Assembly: GCA_963798845.1 (NCBI GenBank)
Contig: CAWCUS010000004.1
Location: 320,001-384,000, forward strand
Length of the DNA: 64,000 bases
From: an uncultured Gemmatimonadales bacterium
Lineage (GTDB): Bacteria > Gemmatimonadota > Gemmatimonadetes > Longimicrobiales > RSA9
Reading direction: 5' to 3'
This document shows, one piece after another, positions 58,969 through 64,000 of this stretch. The position numbers and the translations under genes were made by a program. The notes under the pieces were generated by a model, which worked only from the letters and a program-made list of their open reading frames with translations, made no database searches and was not told the origin of the DNA. Numbering within the stretch: the stretch's first letter is position 1; every line of letters starts with the position of its first letter.

Positions 58969-60009
58969 ATGGCGGATGCCAACCGGCCGAGCGCAGCCCG
59001 ACCCGCCGCAGGCGCTTCCCTGGTGTCCGCGCTCCTGCTCGTCCTGCTGGTGGCCGCGCTGAATCTCTGGTTGAACCGTCACTTCGGCATCGGACTCGAC
59101 AGTCCGGGGGAGCTCGTGCCGGCGCTGGGCGCCATCGGTCTCGCCTGGGGGCTCGTGGGCCGGCTCGTCGGAAAGGACGATCTCGACGAGGTGAGCCAGA
59201 GGACGCGGACCACGGTACGCCGGTTTCTCCTGAGCCCCGCCATGATCGTCGTTCTCTGGGCGGCGTTCGCGGTCGCCGTCCTGCTCTGGTCATCGGTCAC
59301 GGTCGTGGCCGAATCCGGCGCGGAAGGGCTCACCGTGTCGTTGAGCCCGCTGAACTCGGGCTCAGCGGCCGAACCCGTTGGCGCCGGGGTCGCCGGCGAC
59401 GATTCCGGGGCAGCCGCGACCGGCCGCGAGGTCCGCAGGAAATCGGGAAAGGGAGTGGTCCGATTCGGCGTGACGACCAGTGCACTCGCCGGCCCCTATC
59501 TCGTACGGGCGGATGGGTATCAGGGTGCCATAGCGGAGGCATCGCCGCTTCTGGGTGCCCGCGTCGTGCTGGGAACCGACGTCGCACGCGCGCCGGCGCT
59601 GCTGATTCGGCCCGACGAGGCCTTGCTGGAGCGGCTTCGGGCGGGAGGCCGACTGGAGGTGTATCGCCGCCGTGGCGGCCATGTCGATTCCCTCGCCCTC
59701 GTCGTTGGGCCCACAGCCGGCAGCTTCCTGGTCGGGCGCAGGCACATTCCCCTGAGCGGGCGTGCCGCCGAGTGGGAGCGCGAGCTTCTCGCCGCAGGCG
59801 TCACGGACAGTCAGCTGCGCAACCGCCACATCATCGATTGGCGCCGTCCGCTCGCGCTCGACGCCTCCGGTCAGCTGGCGGCCGGGGATACCGTGATCGT
59901 TCGGGTGGTGGCTCTCTCGACGAGCGTTTCGGGCAGCGAGGAGATCGTGCTGGGCGGCGAGGAGGTCTCCGACCTGTTTCTCCGCCGGATCCCGGAGGAT
60001 GCTCCATGA
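58969..60009 (+). CDS. Hypothetical membrane protein (3 N-terminal TMs plus soluble domain)
   Basis: Hydrophobic segments then a beta-rich domain; ATGA-coupled to the next gene. Confidence 0.65.
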   Translation: MADANRPSAARPAAGASLVSALLLVLLVAALNLWLNRHFGIGLDSPGELVPALGAIGLAWGLVGRLVGKDDLDEVSQRTRTTVRRFLLSPAMIVVLWAAFAVAVLLWSSVTVVAESGAEGLTVSLSPLNSGSAAEPVGAGVAGDDSGAAATGREVRRKSGKGVVRFGVTTSALAGPYLVRADGYQGAIAEASPLLGARVVLGTDVARAPALLIRPDEALLERLRAGGRLEVYRRRGGHVDSLALVVGPTAGSFLVGRRHIPLSGRAAEWERELLAAGVTDSQLRNRHIIDWRRPLALDASGQLAAGDTVIVRVVALSTSVSGSEEIVLGGEEVSDLFLRRIPEDAP

Positions 60010-60920
60010 ACTGCACAGTCCTCGCGCTTGCCGTGGCGCTTCTCATCCCGCTGGCAGCCGAAGCGCAGAAGCCGCGCGTGCAGGTCGAGTTCGACGTCGC
60101 CGAGTCGGACTACGTAGACCTCTTCACGCCCGCCGGCCTCGACTCTCTGAGACGGGACGCCGCCCGCCTGATCGCGGACACGCTCGAGGCGCGCCTGCCC
60201 GTGCTGGAGGTCACGACGGCGCCGCCCGCCGACTACCGGCTGGTCGTCACGGTCGACCGCCAGGACAGTGCCGGCGTGAGCCCGCTCCAGCTCGACCGTG
60301 GCCTGTACGTGCAGCTCGTGGGGCCGGACAGTTCGACGACGCGCTCGTGGTGGACGCTGTTCCGCCCGGGCGGCGGCACGGGTACAGGCCTGGTGGTGGC
60401 AGGCGTGCCCGTCCGCCGGACCTTCCTCGAGCAGCTCCGGATCTCGCTGATCAAGGCCGACTTCGACGACCTCGTCGAACGCCACCTTTCCCGCGTTCCC
60501 ATCGCCCGGAGCGCACGACGGCTCGACGCCCCGGCGCCGCTCGGTTTCGGCTGGGTGGCGCCGGTCGTGCGCGATTCCCTCTGCCTCGCCCGGGGCAATC
60601 CCGTGCGCGTGCTCGTCCTCGTGCCCAACCCGCTGGACACGGTGCCCGATCGCCGGCTTTACCTCGCCACGTTGAGAAGCGACTTCGACGCGACCCGCCT
60701 CTTCGGGGATCCGCCTCCGCAGGAATGGAGGGCCCTGACGGGAGGCGTGTTCGCAAAGCCGGAGCCGTCCGACCAGCCGGATCTCGGATTCGTGCAGAGC
60801 GACACGTCCGTGGTGGTGACCGGGATCTTCCTGCTGCAGTACGACCCGGCGGGGCGGGATCTGTGCAGGCGGGTACCGACGCCGACCGAGGCGGAAGCGC
60901 GTCCGGGAGGCGGATCGTGA
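60006..60920 (+). CDS. Hypothetical exported protein
   Basis: Signal peptide MNCTVLALAVALLIPLAAEA; GGAGG RBS. Confidence 0.7.
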   Translation: MNCTVLALAVALLIPLAAEAQKPRVQVEFDVAESDYVDLFTPAGLDSLRRDAARLIADTLEARLPVLEVTTAPPADYRLVVTVDRQDSAGVSPLQLDRGLYVQLVGPDSSTTRSWWTLFRPGGGTGTGLVVAGVPVRRTFLEQLRISLIKADFDDLVERHLSRVPIARSARRLDAPAPLGFGWVAPVVRDSLCLARGNPVRVLVLVPNPLDTVPDRRLYLATLRSDFDATRLFGDPPPQEWRALTGGVFAKPEPSDQPDLGFVQSDTSVVVTGIFLLQYDPAGRDLCRRVPTPTEAEARPGGGS

Positions 60921-62986
60921 GGGCCGCGTCGGTGTTGGTGCGCGCATCGGTGGGGCTGGGTCTCCTCGTCGCCCGCTCTCCCGCGCACGCTCAGGAAGCC
61001 GTGATGACCTACGAACGGGCGCGGGACGTCTCGCAGGAGGCGGTGCGGCTGATCGAGACGGCGGGGGCGGAAGCCGCCGAGGCCCGGCTGGCCGAGACGC
61101 TGGTCTGGTGCCCGCCAGCGCCGGAGGGGAGCGAATGTCGCCGCCCGCTCCTGTACGCCCTCGGCTACGTGTACCAGAAGGACGCCGGGTTGCGGCCGGA
61201 AAGGCGCGACAGCCTGCTGGGCGTGGCGTTCGAACGGTTCCGCGACGTGTTCGAGGAGAACCCGGATTTCCAGCCAGCCCAGGAAGCGCTCGCGGCAATC
61301 TCGCGGCAGTCGCCGCACGAGTCGTTCGAGCCCACTCTGCGGAAGATGGCGGGTCAGGACGACACCGGTCGGCAGTACGTTCTGCTCGGCGACTACTACA
61401 GCGACCCGGAGGTACAGCGACCGAAGCAGGCGCTCGAAGCGTACCGTCGCGCCATGGAGCTGGCGCCCGCGGACGAGCGGCCGGTGCGTCGCATCATCGA
61501 TCTGTTCCGCGACACTCCCGAGACGCAGCTCGGGAGCCCGGAGCTGGACTCTCTGCTCACCGACCAGCTGACGGTGCGGTTCCCACGCCTCGCGGCGGAG
61601 GGTCGGCTCGTGTTCATGAAGCGTGTCTACCACCGGAACCCGGAGCGCGCCGCGGCCGCAGTCCCGGACTGGCTCGCGGCGCACGCCGCGGCGGACGGTG
61701 TTCAGCCCGCGCTCGCCAGCGAGATGCCCAGCGACTGGACCGTCGACCCGTTCCCGGAACTGCGAGCGTTCCTGGCCGATCCCGCCGCGACCCAGCGCTC
61801 CGATTGGTGGCTCCGTGACGGCGAGAGGCGGGAGGCGTTCGCCCGCGCTGCGCTCGATCTCGGACGGTGGGCTCTCGGGCGTGAGGGGCCGGTTGCGGCG
61901 GAGCGCGTCTGGACAACCGGTCTCGACGTGGCGCAGCCCGGATCGGCGAGCTGGCTGCGGATCACGGCCGGGCTGGCCGAGTTGTACGAGAAGGCGCCCG
62001 TCGTCGATCCATCGGGCGAGAAGATGCGAGCGCTGGAGCGGGTGCTCTTCGACCGCAAGGGCGAGGCGATCGGACGCGGCGACTTCCCCGCGATGCTGAG
62101 ATTCCACGGCACACTCGGGCAGATCTACGCGCGGCGCGGCGACTGGGGGTCGAGCGGCAATCCGCGCAGCGCCATCTTCCAGCTCGAGCACGCGCTGGAC
62201 GCGGCGAGGCGCGGCGCGCTCCGCGAGCCCCTTCCGGCGCTGCGGCGGTGGCTGGCCGTGGCCTACGAGCGCACCGACTCGGCCGACCGTGCTGCGCTGA
62301 TGTACGCCGAGGCCGCCGCCGACTACCTGGATGTGGACGACCTCGCAGGCGCGGACAGCGCACTCGCTCGGTCGCGTGAGCTCGGCCGCGCGCGCGCCCC
62401 GCAAGCGCGCACGCGCGCGGTCACCGAGTGGCTGCGCCGGCGCAGAGCCGCGCTCGACGGCAAGTGCGACTCGGCCATGGTAGCCGGGCTCCGCCCTTTG
62501 ACCAGCGATACGCTCCCCTCGGCGTTCGAGGAGCGGCAACGATTCAGGACGTTCGCCGACTGCTCGGGGCGTGTGAGGATCGGCGCGCCCGAGCTCGCCG
62601 CTGAAGCGCTGCGCGCGGCTCTGCGTTCCGAAACGCCGCTCGTGGGTCTGGGCGATCTGGTCAGGATCGATGAGGCCCGGAGGCGCGTGTACGGAAGCTT
62701 CGGTCAGATGGTCGGTCCGGTCGGGGTCGGCGTCGCTGCTTCCGCCGGGGACATCGGTGCGGTCGTGACGCTGCCCGAGGATGGTCGCACTCTGGATCTC
62801 GCCTTTCCGCGTGTTGATGCGCTCATCGCCGCGGAACTGGTCCGGGCGCTGAGACCATCGGAGCGGCCCGTGGGAGCGCTCCGGCTGCGTGTGCAGGACG
62901 GGCAGGTCACGGTGATCGATCCCGGCGCGCTCACGCGGTCCGAGCTTCAGGCGCTGATCTCGACGGCAGGCGGCAGACCGAACTGA
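60917..62986 (+). CDS. Exported TPR-like helical repeat protein
   Basis: Signal peptide ending AHA-Q; TPR-like YVLLGDYY..ALEAYRRAMELAP, LGQIYARRG. Confidence 0.7.
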   Translation: MRAASVLVRASVGLGLLVARSPAHAQEAVMTYERARDVSQEAVRLIETAGAEAAEARLAETLVWCPPAPEGSECRRPLLYALGYVYQKDAGLRPERRDSLLGVAFERFRDVFEENPDFQPAQEALAAISRQSPHESFEPTLRKMAGQDDTGRQYVLLGDYYSDPEVQRPKQALEAYRRAMELAPADERPVRRIIDLFRDTPETQLGSPELDSLLTDQLTVRFPRLAAEGRLVFMKRVYHRNPERAAAAVPDWLAAHAAADGVQPALASEMPSDWTVDPFPELRAFLADPAATQRSDWWLRDGERREAFARAALDLGRWALGREGPVAAERVWTTGLDVAQPGSASWLRITAGLAELYEKAPVVDPSGEKMRALERVLFDRKGEAIGRGDFPAMLRFHGTLGQIYARRGDWGSSGNPRSAIFQLEHALDAARRGALREPLPALRRWLAVAYERTDSADRAALMYAEAAADYLDVDDLAGADSALARSRELGRARAPQARTRAVTEWLRRRRAALDGKCDSAMVAGLRPLTSDTLPSAFEERQRFRTFADCSGRVRIGAPELAAEALRAALRSETPLVGLGDLVRIDEARRRVYGSFGQMVGPVGVGVAASAGDIGAVVTLPEDGRTLDLAFPRVDALIAAELVRALRPSERPVGALRLRVQDGQVTVIDPGALTRSELQALISTAGGRPN

Positions 62987-63337
62987 GCGGCGTCCCCGCC
63001 TGAACACGTCTCGTTGCGCGCGACGCCGCGCGGGTGCCAGAAGACATCCTTGGCATCACGCCGGTCAGCCATTACCCTTGCTGTGGCGTGAGCGGATCCA
63101 CACGGCGATTCACGAGCATTCGACGCCGGTCCTCCGCCGGCGCCGACCACGACGGCGGTGCCCCGTGCCGATCGGAAGCGGGCCCCGCAACGGCAGTCCA
63201 TAGATAGAGCCGCACCTCCCCGACATCGCTCGATCCCCGATCATCCGGGTTGGCCGCCGCACGGCAGCCGGTCGGGCGGATCGCGCACTTCCTCCGAGGT
63301 CCAGCGAGTGGATCACGCACCACCGACGGCTGCGGCC

Positions 63338-64000
63338 ATGCCGCGCCCGGCACATCGGATCGCCACACGCGTCGGAGCGGCGGCGCTGCTCGCGCTGCCC
63401 GCTTCCGTCCTCGCTCAGGCCGGTCTCGATTCCGCGTCGGCGGAGCCGTACCGGCTGGACGCGCTCGTGGTCGTGGCAGAGCGCCATGCGACGACGCTCC
63501 GCAGCACGGTCACGGCGACCAGCCTGCTCACGCGGGCCGATCTGGACGCCCTTCCGGCGCGCACCCTCGCCAATGCCCTCGGGAGCGTGCCCGGCCTCAT
63601 CTTCGTCGAGCAGGATGGCTCCGGTCGGATGCCGCTGGCGATCGCGCGCGGCTTCTTCGGCGGCGGCGAGACCTCGTACGTGCTGGTCACGGTGGACGGC
63701 GTGCCGGCGAACAATGGCCGGACCGGGCTCGTGGAGTGGAGCCGGATCCCGCTCGACGAGATCGAGCGCATCGAAGTGCTTCGAGGCTCCGCCTCCGCTT
63801 CGTACGGCGACGCCGCGCTCGGGGCCGTGATCAACGTCGTGACACGCCGCCCGGCCCAGCCGGACAGGGTCTCCGGCCGGGCGGCTATGTCCGCTTCGTC
63901 GTGGAGTGGCGGGAGTGCGCGCGCGTCGGTCGGCTCCGGGCTCGGCGCCGCCGCCGTGGGGGCGACGATCGACTATGATCGGGACGACGGCTTCCGGGAG
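63338..64000 (+). CDS. TonB-dependent receptor (N-terminal plug; runs off window edge)
   Basis: Manual translation: signal peptide, LDALVVVAER TonB box-like, VPGL, ARGFFGG, VTVDGVP, IERIEVLRGSASASYGDAALGAVINVVT. Confidence 0.88.
   Translation, partial: MPRPAHRIATRVGAAALLALPASVLAQAGLDSASAEPYRLDALVVVAERHATTLRSTVTATSLLTRADLDALPARTLANALGSVPGLIFVEQDGSGRMPLAIARGFFGGGETSYVLVTVDGVPANNGRTGLVEWSRIPLDEIERIEVLRGSASASYGDAALGAVINVVTRRPAQPDRVSGRAAMSASSWSGGSARASVGSGLGAAAVGATIDYDRDDGFRE

Noticed and set aside
62987..63337. Possible cobalamin riboswitch upstream of the TonB receptor (GCCCCGCAACGG near 63182)
   Set aside because: Only a short partial resemblance; the conserved GGGAA/CGGTG and B12-box elements are not evident. 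An Infernal/Rfam scan would be needed.
1..64000. CRISPR arrays, tRNA/rRNA genes, transposases, integrases, prophage genes
   Set aside because: No regularly spaced repeats, cloverleaf-like sequences or recombinase/phage motifs were seen.

Overview
High-GC bacterial window (visually about 70% GC). Gene content suggests a Gemmatimonadota-like organism, which is an inference from the Hanks-type Ser/Thr kinases with propeller or TPR tails, the tandem ADOP-type permeases and the carboxypeptidase-regulatory-type TonB receptor. Most of the window is ordinary accessory or housekeeping content: two Ser/Thr kinases (one coupled to an ECF sigma factor), two MacB/FtsX permeases, LysR plus two NarL regulators, OmpA, MscS, a CheB/CheR-histidine kinase, an MlaEFD/PqiC-type cluster, TonB receptors, a GltD-like/2-oxoacid:ferredoxin oxidoreductase operon, glycan-related enzymes and an amidohydrolase/symporter operon. 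The standout is a RiPP-like cluster at 45.2-48.5 kb. It encodes a PqqD/RRE protein, a lasso B2-type leader peptidase, an HprK-like kinase and a nucleotidyltransferase. These are followed by a 26-aa ORF missing from the ORF track (MRTRKRYVKPQLRRLGLLRRLTQFTF) that has a canonical lasso leader but only a 3-residue core (FTF). No lasso cyclase is present in the window. Several single-base frameshifts (possible assembly errors) and gene remnants (ECF42 sigma, TetR, permease) are also visible. No rRNA, tRNA, CRISPR array or transposase was recognised.
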